From assembly GCA_000708835.1 (NCBI GenBank), contig DF237470.1, forward strand, positions 1-64,000: a DNA stretch of 64,000 nucleotides. The letters run 5' to 3'. Position numbers and translations under genes: made by a program. This stretch comes from Klebsormidium nitens (taxonomy: Eukaryota; Plantae; Klebsormidiophyceae). Numbering within the stretch: position 1 is the stretch's first letter; each line of letters opens with the position of its first letter. Shown piece after piece: positions 1 through 11,400 of this stretch. The notes under the pieces were generated by a model, which saw nothing but the letters and a program-made list of their open reading frames with translations, did not search any database and was not told where the DNA came from.

Positions 1-330
1 AGGGCGCTCCTCCTTCGACTCAGTGCACTTGTCCTTGTCGTTGTCGTTCTTACCGAGGTCAACTTGGTCAGGTGTATCAAATACAGACATCTAAGAGGGC
101 GAGGAACGGGTGGCAAGCCCGGTGTCTGCCATCAGATACAAGCAATGGATGCAGGTGCTGACAATTCCCCAAGTAATCAAGCCACAATCTCAGCTGAAAC
201 AAGCAGGAAATGTCCAGTACGCAACCAGAAATCAGATCTAAGCCCCACCTGGAGAATGCAAATAGCGAGCGGCCGATGCAAAAACTCCGTGACGATCTTT
301 CGCCAACTAGTGGAGCAAGTCAAGATCTAC

Positions 331-590
331 CTTTCTACCAAGTCTCGGTGCCTAACACTAACCAGCTGGTCAAATCTAACCCAGTTTCCTGACCAGAAAT
401 CTGCGTATACCAGGAAAATCAGAATTACCCCCCTGTGAAACAACGCAAACAGCGGACGATCGAGGCAAAAAATTCTGTAGCGCACCCCCGTAGACTGATA
501 GTGTACAACAAGACCTAACTTTCTACCAAGTCCCGGTCTCTGAGACTAACCCACTGGTCAGCTGTTAACCCGTTTCCTAACCTGAATTCA
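331..590. repeat. Diverged direct duplication (~70 bp unit, ~188 bp apart)
   Basis: ctttctaccaagtc(t/c)cggt...actaacc...ctggtca...taaccc(a/g)tttcct(g/a)acc at ~331-400 and ~519-590. Confidence 0.75.
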
Positions 591-1222
591 GGCCCTGAAT
601 CAGCGCCAGAACAGCAAAATGAAGGCGACAAAGGCGCGTCAAAGCATCGACAAGGCAGGAATCAGCAGCGCATACAGTGGCAAGGCAGCCCTCAGCCCCA
701 CTGAGGCTGCTGGCGGGGCACTCACCTTGTCCCAGCACGTGGCAAGCTCGTCACAAGAAAATGCCACACACTGGGCGCACATGCTCAGCGCACCACTCAG
801 CCTGCAGCTCTAACCTAGCGGTGCAGTTCTGAGAGCTCAACCAATGCTGCGACACGCTGGCAGAGACGCAAGGCTGCAACAATTCTCACGAAGCAATGCA
901 AATGCTAGCAATGCGATGCGTCACGATGCAACCAGTGCTAACGTCAAAGCATAGTACAGTGGCGCTGAATCGCCAATGAAACCCTGAGGCAACCACCAAC
1001 TAGCACCCCTGCGCAGGCAATGCTTCACAATGGCTCCCCTGAAACAATCCAAACCTCCCAAGAGCAGGCTGTCAAGCAAGTGTAAGGCGAGCAGAAGGTT
1101 GTGACTGACCTTGACTGTCCCTTGTAAACTGCTGCAGCGTGTAGGCTCTGACTGAGGTGTGAGCTCCCGGAGCTCCCGCAAGACAGGGTAGGTGGTGACC
1201 CTGGCAGTCGTAGAGTGCCCGT

Positions 1223-1431
1223 NNNNNNNNNNNNNNNNNNNNNNNNNNNNNNNNNNNNNNNNNNNNNNNNNNNNNNNNNNNNNNNNNNNNNNNNNNNNNN
1301 NNNNNNNNNNNNNNNNNNNNNNNNNNNNNNNNNNNNNNNNNNNNNNNNNNNNNNNNNNNNNNNNNNNNNNNNNNNNNNNNNNNNNNNNNNNNNNNNNNNN
1401 NNNNNNNNNNNNNNNNNNNNNNNNNNNNNNN
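1223..1431. other. Assembly gap (N run)
   Basis: 209 consecutive N; ORFs crossing it are artefacts. Confidence 1.
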
Positions 1432-3460
1432 ATTCATGGGCCGAGAAGGTGGGGATCTTCTTGTCGTTTTCAGCATGTGGTCTCGGCCGCCTTCGTTCCT
1501 TGGGCAGTAACTTCAACTAGAATTATGCAAATACCCGCCGCCGAACGTGCTTCTTCGACCAGGTTTGGCAGCATGAGTCACAGGATGGGAGAGGGGTCCC
1601 ATGTTGTGTAGCGGATTGTCATTGTGAGCCCCGAAGAGCGCTCAAATTTACTGGATTATCTCGAGACATATTGTACTGTGATCTTCAGCTCTGGTCTGAC
1701 TCGCGCTTGGCAGAAGAACGGCTGCACAAGATTGAACACACACGATCGTCGTGGTCCGGAAAGTGATCAATTTATCGAGTCCCCCTGGGGACTCGATAGG
1801 GATGGAGAACATGTGAGAGGTATTTTCATTCTGGGTCAGTTTCACCAACTTGCTTAGATCGTCAACCGCGGATCAGCACTTCGGTTGTGTCAAGTCAGGG
1901 CGTCCGTTGCGAAGTGATTTAGTGGTACGATGCGGTCCGCACAGCCAGTGCCGATGGATCGTGTGACTTCGGCCCGAAAATACACCACTTAAGAATCTGC
2001 TACTGTTCAAGGTCCGTTCAGCCCCGTTGAAATCGCAATGAGATCAAGAGCGCCAAAGGGTTGTCTATTGTGTGCTCTTGTGCGTTCGGCTCAGGCAAAG
2101 CCGTTCTTCTTCTCAAAAGTTAATTGAGAAGGTATCAGAGACTAGAACAAGTACATTCCGAAGATGGTGGAGGGGAAAAGGCTTGGAAAAAACTTCCTGC
2201 CTTCGTCTCCCCAGGCATAAGCTTGGTGGAATCGCGGTTGCGGCAGCTGAAGGGCAAGGCTGACGGACGGTGTCCAGACCATTGGGAACAAGTCCGCATC
2301 CAAGTACGATGCCGAGAGGAAGCCTGGCGCACCTGCGCTCCTGACGGCGCAAAGGTCAGCGTGACGTCGACACCATGTTAGGATCTGCCTGCATCTTTCT
2401 AAAGACTGTGCCCAGCTTCCGTGATGCGGAACGTAGGGTTGTCCGAAGCTTGATTTCTCTTTTGTTATCCTGCCCAGAGTGGAATAGCCACTTCCTGTCT
2501 TGACTTCCTGCAGAGGTTGAGAAGTCTGGAAAGAAAAGAACGGCAGGGCCCCAGCAGATGCTGTCGTCTATCTATAATTTCAAATTACATTCCTCCCCAA
2601 CCCAAAAATCTGGTTGCTCAAGCAAGTTAGATGCCTTCGAGGTGAGCACTTATGGTTCTCAAAGCCGCAAGAATAAGTTTGAACGGTCCCATCAAATGGA
2701 GTGCCAAACTTTACCTCCGGCCCATCCGGCCCAGGACTTATAAGGATTATAACCCTGACACATTCGTTCTGCTCTATCTGTTGTGATCAGTTTTACAGCC
2801 GCCTGTCGTGTGTCGTTCACCTTTCCACTCAATTTGTCTGCCACTTGGAGAGGACTGCTAGACTTTTGTGAGCCGTTCCTGTTCTGAGTAAGCACTATAA
2901 TACTCGTAGCTACGGTTCCGCCGGCCGTTTCGCTCGAGTAGGGGTGTCGATCGAGGTCAGAACTCGGCGGCGTTTCGTTTGAAATTGAGGTCAGAAGTTG
3001 GTAGACATACCACAGCTAATCCAAATGCTGCCTCTCAACCTTATGGTCAACAAAACAACTGGGCCTTTTGCCCGTCTTTTGCAGATTCGAAAGGCAGAAC
3101 CTATCAACCAGTTGATCATATATTTGTATTGTAACGATTTTATCGAAGTGCTTGTTCTTATGCTCTGATTGCTCGTTGTGTAACTCAAGGGAGCCAATGA
3201 AGAGCTCCATGCTGAGATCCAGAAACAGAAGGGCAAGCTGATTATGGTACGAGTTTCGATTGGCACGATGGGGCCACCGCGGTGAAGGTGAAATGCCGCG
3301 ACTCCAACTGCTTTTACCTCGGAGCTGTATATATAGAGTAGAAGCAGAAGGCGCAGACTCCAGGTGCTTAAAATCGTGCCAGCCGAACGCACAGAAGAAC
3401 GTTTCCAATGGCATGTAGACCTACATGCCTATTGTTCTGTGGAGGCGTTTGCCACTTAGA

Positions 3461-3812
3461 ACCTGGTTGCCTGATTTACCAAGCTGTGTTGTACCACTTA
3501 AGCAGGCTCCGATTGTCCGAATACCAGACTATGGTTGACCATTAACCGACATCTGGTCGCTTATAGACCACACAGTGGTTAAGATCTAATCACACCCTGG
3601 TTGCCGCTTGACCAGAGTCTGGTTACTTCCCAACCATCTTCTGGTTGAGGGCTTAACCAGACCCTAGACCACACTCTGGTTACTACTAAACAGACCCTGG
3701 CCAAATCCGGACCAGACCCTGGTCAGCCCGCTGACAAGACCCTGGTAAACGGGACACTAACCAGACCCTGGTCAGCGGCCTGGTTAGCGCTCTAACTAGG
3801 GTGCCAACCAGA
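3461..3812. repeat. Array of short palindromic ACCAG-NNN-CTGGT motifs (possible transposon subterminal repeats)
   Basis: Roughly a dozen full or half copies, e.g. accagagtctggt (~3610), accagaccctggt (~3711, ~3760), with irregular spacing. Confidence 0.7.
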
Positions 3813-3875
3813 CTTAGATAGCAGCGAAAACTTCCTTTGTGCAGAGTGAGTACATAAGGCTACGCGAAGTCGATG

Positions 3876-4214
3876 TGGGGATTCCGGTCTGCGACCGACC
3901 GGGTAATTGGAGATTTTGGAAAAATTGACATAAAATAAGTTGAGATTTGCTCGGATACACAGCACTTATGTACTCCCATCTAATTCATATTGCTTCAGTT
4001 TTCCAAGATATGCTGAGGGAACCTTGACCTTTTTCGCGGGAATGATCCCCGGTTGTCCAAAAACTGATGTGCGGCCAAAAACACCCCTCCAATACCAGAT
4101 TTGCCTTTTTGGAACGCTTATTGTACAAATTGGGTAATTTGGGGCAAATTCCTCATGTATTGTTTTCCGCCGACCGACCGACCCACCCCTGGAGGGGGTG
4201 GACCGGAATCCCCA
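3876..4214. mobile_element. MITE-like element, 14-bp terminal inverted repeats
   Basis: TGGGGATTCCGGTC (3876-3889) and GACCGGAATCCCCA (4201-4214) are perfect inverses. The interior is AT-rich with no convincing coding sequence and has ccgaccgacc motifs near both ends. No clean TSD. Confidence 0.6.
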
Positions 4215-4997
4215 TATTAACTTCGCATAGCCTCAGTTGGTCACGAATCACAACACAATGTTTGATTTCAAAAAATACGTCAGCAAGATTTTGACGTCAC
4301 CTCGTTGATTAGGCGTTGACCTTGAAAACCGCAGAAGACTGCTGCAATTAAACCACTAGAGTCCAGACCGACTTTACAATCGGGAAAACTCAATATGGTG
4401 ACGTGGCATTCTCGGCAAACGGCCACCAAATGGCGCACGGTTTTGAGTCCAGTAAAATTGAGTTGATGTTAGAACAAAAGTAAAGCAAATCTTCATTGTT
4501 TCCGGCGGTTATTCGTTCTATGGCTCAGGAATGGTGGCGCCTACAACCTCGCATCGAAACTGCCGAAAGAAACCATCTAAAACCATGCATTTCCCGCAGC
4601 GCAGCGATAATTCGTGCATTCATCGATTTTGATGCGCCCCTGTCCGAAGTTTCAAGTTTCGGAGTTCCGAGTTTCGGAACTGACGGAATGTGGGACCCAC
4701 AGGTATCTATCGTCGCTCTGGTGGTTTTAAAAGTACGGCTGGTATCGTGACTCGTTAGACTCGGTGTCCTTTAGTTTCTCACAGAACCTGGCGCGAAGGT
4801 CCGCTCAGCTGAGTGACGTGTATTAAAGTCTACAACGGTTCTTAGCCTTCTGCTTGAAGAGCTTCTTGCTCTCGGCGCCGACGCCTCACACAATCTACCT
4901 AATGCTCTGTTTCGGGCCTGTTTCTAGTCACCTCATGCCTTGCCCCAGTCTGTCCATGCTCTCTCTAGGCCTATTCTGGATCCGGAGGTTGCCAGAG

Positions 4998-5245
4998 TTG
5001 CACGACGTTGCGCGACTCGACGTTGCGCGACTTTCGATTAACGACTCTTCGCGACTTTGTGCGACTGCTCCGCGACTTGGTTCCGCAACGTTCGCGACCT
5101 TCACTGCAACCTTATCATCCCTCGGAAAACATGTTTTCAACTATGTTTTGTGTTTAGATGCTTGCAATGCTCCGCGACGTTACGCGACCTTCCGCGACTC
5201 TCTGCGACTTTTGTTTGCGACTTTCACCGCGACTCTGTGACCTCC
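4998..5245. repeat. Degenerate GCGAC-motif tandem array in two blocks
   Basis: (c/t)gcgac recurs about every 10-13 bp at ~4998-5111 and ~5168-5245, just left of the second N-gap. Confidence 0.75.
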
Positions 5246-5291
5246 GGGTCCAGGATAGGCCTCTCTCTCACGCCCCATCTGCTCCTCAAAT

Positions 5292-5865
5292 NNNNNNNNN
5301 NNNNNNNNNNNNNNNNNNNNNNNNNNNNNNNNNNNNNNNNNNNNNNNNNNNNNNNNNNNNNNNNNNNNNNNNNNNNNNNNNNNNNNNNNNNNNNNNNNNN
5401 NNNNNNNNNNNNNNNNNNNNNNNNNNNNNNNNNNNNNNNNNNNNNNNNNNNNNNNNNNNNNNNNNNNNNNNNNNNNNNNNNNNNNNNNNNNNNNNNNNNN
5501 NNNNNNNNNNNNNNNNNNNNNNNNNNNNNNNNNNNNNNNNNNNNNNNNNNNNNNNNNNNNNNNNNNNNNNNNNNNNNNNNNNNNNNNNNNNNNNNNNNNN
5601 NNNNNNNNNNNNNNNNNNNNNNNNNNNNNNNNNNNNNNNNNNNNNNNNNNNNNNNNNNNNNNNNNNNNNNNNNNNNNNNNNNNNNNNNNNNNNNNNNNNN
5701 NNNNNNNNNNNNNNNNNNNNNNNNNNNNNNNNNNNNNNNNNNNNNNNNNNNNNNNNNNNNNNNNNNNNNNNNNNNNNNNNNNNNNNNNNNNNNNNNNNNN
5801 NNNNNNNNNNNNNNNNNNNNNNNNNNNNNNNNNNNNNNNNNNNNNNNNNNNNNNNNNNNNNNNNN
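5292..5865. other. Assembly gap (N run)
   Basis: 574 consecutive N. Confidence 1.
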
Positions 5866-8464
5866 GATGTTTCCTCGCCGACCGAAACTGCCGCGCCGCC
5901 AGCCAAATTTAAACGGCTCTCCACTTACTTTCTCATCGTCCCGACCGCTGCCTGCAGAAGGTTCACACCCTCCATTCTTTCCGCGGACGACACCTTCCCC
6001 CGACCCTAGACGCACAGCGCTTCGCATCCTGTCGCATCCGCTCTCGCACTGAGCTATGCTTGGGCATCACGGGCCATCGCAAAAACTGCCGCCGCCACCA
6101 CCAACCCGGCGAAAGCATGATCGAGCGCCCAGAGTGGCTTCCGCGAAACTCCCGTGAACGTACCAATCGAACGCCGCACATTGTATAAAATTACAGTCGT
6201 TAAAAACCCAAGAGGCGTATGCTAGACTGCGGGCTCCACCTAATGAGCTGCACCGCAGAGAATCTGAACCTTGCACCCCAGAAAAAAAACAAAAAACCTC
6301 GAATTTCAAGACCAAAATTCCAAAAATGCACCCTCAGCATTTGTTTCACATTTGATCTTTACTCACTATCCCTTAGACGTTATTATTTGAAAAAAAAAAT
6401 GTGACCGGTGGCGGAACGCCACGTATGCTCGGTTTTCAAGGGGGTCCAAGGTATCGAATGAAAAGTAGGCGTTGCGAATTTGACGGTAGGGTCACGGAGA
6501 CTCTCGGTGCATGAAAAAGTGATCGGTGATTGTGAACCGCCAGCTGAAAAACCTGATGTTAGTCAAAATGCAAATTCGGATCTAGAAAGCTCGATATAAG
6601 AGAAGAGCAATCCGGGACCCCTCATTTGGACCGTTGGACAAGCCACGGCCTCACCGTGTCTCAAGGTTCGAGTCCGCACTAAGACGAGCCTCAGCCTGGC
6701 ATGTCCGCAGAATGAACAAATGAACGCGCTCGAAAAGAGCCTTACACGTGCGAAAAAAAGAAATTTGAACAGCAGTTTGCATCGAACCATCGAAAGTTCG
6801 GGTCGATCATTCAAAGGGATAGTATGGGGCGAAAGTGTCCTTCGACGCATAAATTTGGCTTAACTGAGTGATCCAGTCTAAGGTGCTCACGTTCGGGGTT
6901 TTCAAACGCTGGGGGGGAAAACGATAGCTGGTTTTTTGTAAACCCCAAAAACCGAGCTAAAAAACCGTAGTACCGTGTCTAAAAACGTGGAGTCATCAAA
7001 CCCTAATATTGGGCAAATATGTAATCTCTGTGCCATATTCTAAAATTTCGCAAGGGGCTTGCGTTTCGAAGCGTTTGCTCCGACCCCCTGTTCCTCAATC
7101 AGGGCGCTGACCGACCTTGCTCCGTAACGCACACTATTAGATTCATATAAACGGATAAACTCAGGCGATAAATTGTCCGAATATGAACTTAGCTCGATCA
7201 AATACGGAGGCCGGGAGGGTCAGGGAGTGCCAGCCTGCCTACTCAGGCTACTGAGGTTACAGCTACTTAAATAGGTGGCCTGCATGGGTGCAAGCCCACA
7301 TCCGTGCAGGGTAAATTGGCTCTGCTAAGAAGGGGGTAGGACTAATACACAAAGTAGGTATAGCAGTACCTAAATTGGTATTTTCCGCTCGATCTTAAGT
7401 TATATAAGGTTGTCTACATCAGATTCTTGCTAGCTAGCTAGCTGTCTAGACTGCTCATGGCCACAAGTCAGCCAGAGATTAAGAGCACAAACAACTCTTT
7501 GAAAGCTTGGCAAGCAATTGCGCGGACCAGAACTGAATGATGCTGGCAACGCCCATGCGCTAACAAATTGAGCGATCACTACTATTGTGAATGTCTCAAT
7601 CAGGTCTGGGCCGTTTGCATGATGATCAGTCATGTTGCAGTGTAATCAATGAATTTACATGGAGATTGAAAGTATAGGAAATTAAAAGACCGTGCATGAT
7701 CAGTCCGCCTCTAGCTCAGTGTGTAACAATCGACGGTCTCTAAGTTTTGCACTGCAGTTCAATAGCAGTGCCGCAAATCATCCATGCCGTATGTGACGTG
7801 TATCGTCGATCATGTTGGTGACTATCCAAGCACACCGTCCGTATCTTAGAATCACTGTAGTAAAACGATCGGACACACACATACATTGACAAGCTAGAAG
7901 GCTCATTGAGAGAGTTCATTGTGAGACCTGAAGCACTCCATTTGCAATAGCGACTATTGAGTTGGTAGACTTCGAAGTTATCTACATACCTGCCTGCAAG
8001 GCGGCGGGCAGGCCCGAACAGTGTCTGAGGTGGGCGATTCGCCTGGTCAGTCGGAACGGGCCTGGCGGTCTCATCCCCAGAGTCTACTCCTCTAATCGAT
8101 TCAATGACTCAACGTACCTACGGACTTGGGCCACTTGAAAGGTCTTGCCGTTGATCAATCGGACTATCATCAGCTTGTATAAAGAAGACTCAAAAATTGC
8201 TTGTCAAAGAAAACCACCAAAGACGTTTTGAAGCTAAGTTGCTATTCGAACCGTCGTCCATTTAAAAACTTTACAGTACTACCGTCGTCACGCCCTATAC
8301 TGCTGGGTCTACTGACAATGAAGTAACGTCTGAGCCAAAAACTTGTACAATGAGCGCGCTGACCAACCGATTATATCTACACTCGAACTCCGAAAATCCA
8401 AGACTCGTGTTTCTTTTACATGTAAGTGTTCGCATCTCACAGCTTCCAGTCTATGTCAGCCCTA

Positions 8465-11400
8465 TCAAGCTCGTCTTGGCTTCTTGTTGCTCCACGTAGC
8501 GCCTTGCCCTCCCTCTTCTTCTCGTGCCCTGCCATCCGGTGCGTTCCTCCCCATTCCGCACTCTTTGGCGTGATCCATCAGCTTTTGAAGGTCTCCTTGC
8601 ACGCTGGCAATCTCACGAGCAGTCTCCTGCAGCTGACGCTTGACCGCCGACGTCTCTTCTTGCAGTGTCGCGCGCATCTGCTCGTAAGCCTGGCACTCCA
8701 CATCCTGCACGTATCCCCACGGACAGGTCACTTCCTATTCCTTTGCCGTGCGAGCAAACCCGCGATGACACTTGGTTACAAAGTGCACCGGCTGCCATGC
8801 TTGCCCACCATAATCAACATTTTCCAAGATCCGAATGGGTATGACTCTGTCTCAGGAAACGCTGTCGGCCTCGAAAGAGCAATATATTCGACGTGTCTAC
8901 GAAGAAGCCTGGTGACGTAAGGCTGACGACAGATGCTGAAGTAGAAAAACGTTCTACGAAACTGCCTTCAAGGTCGCTAACCCCTCAGCAGTACTTCGCA
9001 GACGGGAGCTAAACGAGACCCGATGTCCACGTGTTCGACGAGCTGCTGACGACGAGTTCAATGGCTTTGTCAGGTGCACGTTCTTGTATTGGAGGACGGA
9101 TAAGGTCATTCGGGCAAACAGACCATCATCCCGACAGAAGGACTAGCGATACCAATGGGAGGAAAGGTCCCGGTCAGAAAAGGAAGACCTGTAACATGGC
9201 ATAAATCACTCCGCAAGTTTCGCGCGAGCATTCTGGTAAACATCTGGCGGAAGAAACACGTCGGAAACATTAAATATTCAAGACCCAAATAGAACTGAAG
9301 GAGGACGAACCTGCTCTCGCAGTCTGTCGGTTTGCTGTGAAAGCGTTGCTTCGAGCCGCGTGTACTCCTCCGTGATGTCCAGACACCGAGAAAGCTCCGG
9401 CGGGTAGAGACTGCACGAACCGAAGTACAAATCTCAGCACTAATGTATCTTGACTTTGACAAGATAAAATAACTTTCCGCTTGTTCGGTTGGAAGGCACT
9501 TAATGTACCAGAAAAATGCAGCCTACCCGACCCCTGAAGTTCGTTGCCCGGCCAATATCGCCAAATCAAATACATTTCAAAGCTCCGTATCCAACGCTGT
9601 GACAAGCAGAATCAGCGCGCGTGGAAACTCGCGCATATTTTTGATATTTTTGGAAGGTGATGAAGGTTCGAATCCACGAAGCACGTGACACCAAGAGGGT
9701 AAAATGCGCCATGAGGAAGAAAAGGCGGTACATTTTGATATCCTGGGCGCCGATGTTCATCCCAGAAGGAAACTTCACAGCGCAAGCAGGGCCTTGTGTA
9801 TCAATCTCGCTCTTTCGTCGAGCATCGCGAGTCGCACCCTCTCGCGGCATGCAAACCACGGCCCTCTCCCGACAAGTTCCAGAAGGGCCGTTGTGAAACT
9901 TGAAGTTCCTTTGAAAACAATTGCTGCCGACTCCACAGAACATTCGCACTGTCACCCTAAGCCCAGCAACTGACTCTACTTTTCGTTCCCCTTACCTGCA
10001 CTGCTTGCGCTCGCTCCAGGGGACGCGCTCGAAGTTGACCCCGGGGATGTCCTCAGGGGCGAAGCCGCTGACCTCACGGTCAGGTCGCGTGATAGACCCC
10101 GGGCCGATTGTCTGACGTCATGCAGAAAGAGACAAACCTTTTGAGTTGGGCCGTCAGCTTAGAGTCCCGAAACACGAGGCACCGCCGTCTGAGCTAGGGG
10201 CTGTCTACTTGGAGCGTCCATGAGTACACGTCTACGACTTTGAGCAGTGACAGTGTAAAAAGCAGAATCCGATACGTACCGCTCTCGTTACTACCGGTGT
10301 AGGGAGATAAGTAAGGATGGAGTGAAAGTCAAATACTACGACAGTTGGATATCTTGTCGGATTTTCCTTTGAGGATGCTTTTCGAGCGAGGAGACGTGAG
10401 ATCTACGATGGGCGAAAGCGGGCACTTAATGCATGAGTTCTGCAGATAGTGCCCCCATTGTGTTCCAGCCACTGCGTACCACAGACCCCTTGCTCGACTG
10501 CCTCTTCTACAGTCCTCTGATCAGAAGTCTACTTTCCGACCAATGGACGCAACCATCTGAATCTATGTATAATGGTGACACCGTAAGGTACCAAGGTGGT
10601 TTGAAACTGTCGAACAACCGTTTCTCTGGCCCCCCTCAACCTGACCGTATACAGACCTCTTTGCAAACAGGATCAAAACTACAGCTTTTGAGCCAATTAT
10701 GCTTATGAGATGATCAGTGCCATGAAGTTGCCCCAGAGCTCGTGTCCGCCTTCTGCTCCCCATTGTCTAAGTTGAATAATTCTTCACAAATAAACAAGGT
10801 AGTTTCAAATTCTGTAAGCTCTCTTTTGGACCAGCTCAACTTGTCCCTGCATTTCGTTGTTCAATTGAAATCACAAAACTTGCATCGAGCAAACGGTGTT
10901 TCAGCAACTCACCACTGCATTGAAGTTCCCTCCAAGCTCGCGCGCGGCCGCGCGCTTGTGGGCGTCCGTATCGTACACTTGCAGCCGTCCGAAAAGGAAA
11001 AAGAAGAGCGACGCCCGCAGCCCGTACGTGCGCGTTCCGCTCCTGCGGAGACGGGCGGAATTCCGTGAGACCGGAATTCTTTTGTAAGAGAAAGCAGGAA
11101 AAGCGCGTCCACTTGACCATGAGCCCGCCGCCACAAATCAAAATGTAAGCAAACGGCACGCATTCATTAGCCTTTCGTTCTCATATTTCAAAGTGGCCAT
11201 GCAAACGATCGGAGGCACTGAGCGGCAGCGCGAATGTAGAAGCAGGTCTTCAAGTTCGTTTCTTGGCGAGAGAGCTCTTAGCTTGCCGCTCAAGCTCAAC
11301 CGTTGGAACTAGGCAATCCAAGCAAGATTCACGATAGCGCCACAGAGAATGGGATCGAGCAGCGCCTTCAAGAGCACAAGCAAACATACTGTATGGCGGA

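Noticed and set aside
1-90. Minus-strand ORF MSVFDTPDQVDLGK... running off the window
   Set aside because: Only 30 codons are visible; cannot be supported.
619-1222. Cys/Leu-rich minus-strand reading that might be a transposon ORF relic
   Set aside because: It has several stops and no identifiable gag, transposase or recombinase motif.
1025-1611. ORFs of 100-160 aa crossing the first gap
   Set aside because: Their length comes from N codons; the flanking peptides match no family I recognise.
3461-3812. CRISPR-like reading of the ACCAG array
   Set aside because: Units are short, irregular and variable with no constant repeat-spacer period; the context is eukaryotic with no cas genes.
5057-6052. 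ORFs of 212-331 aa crossing the second gap
   Set aside because: Artefacts of the N run plus the GCGAC repeat.
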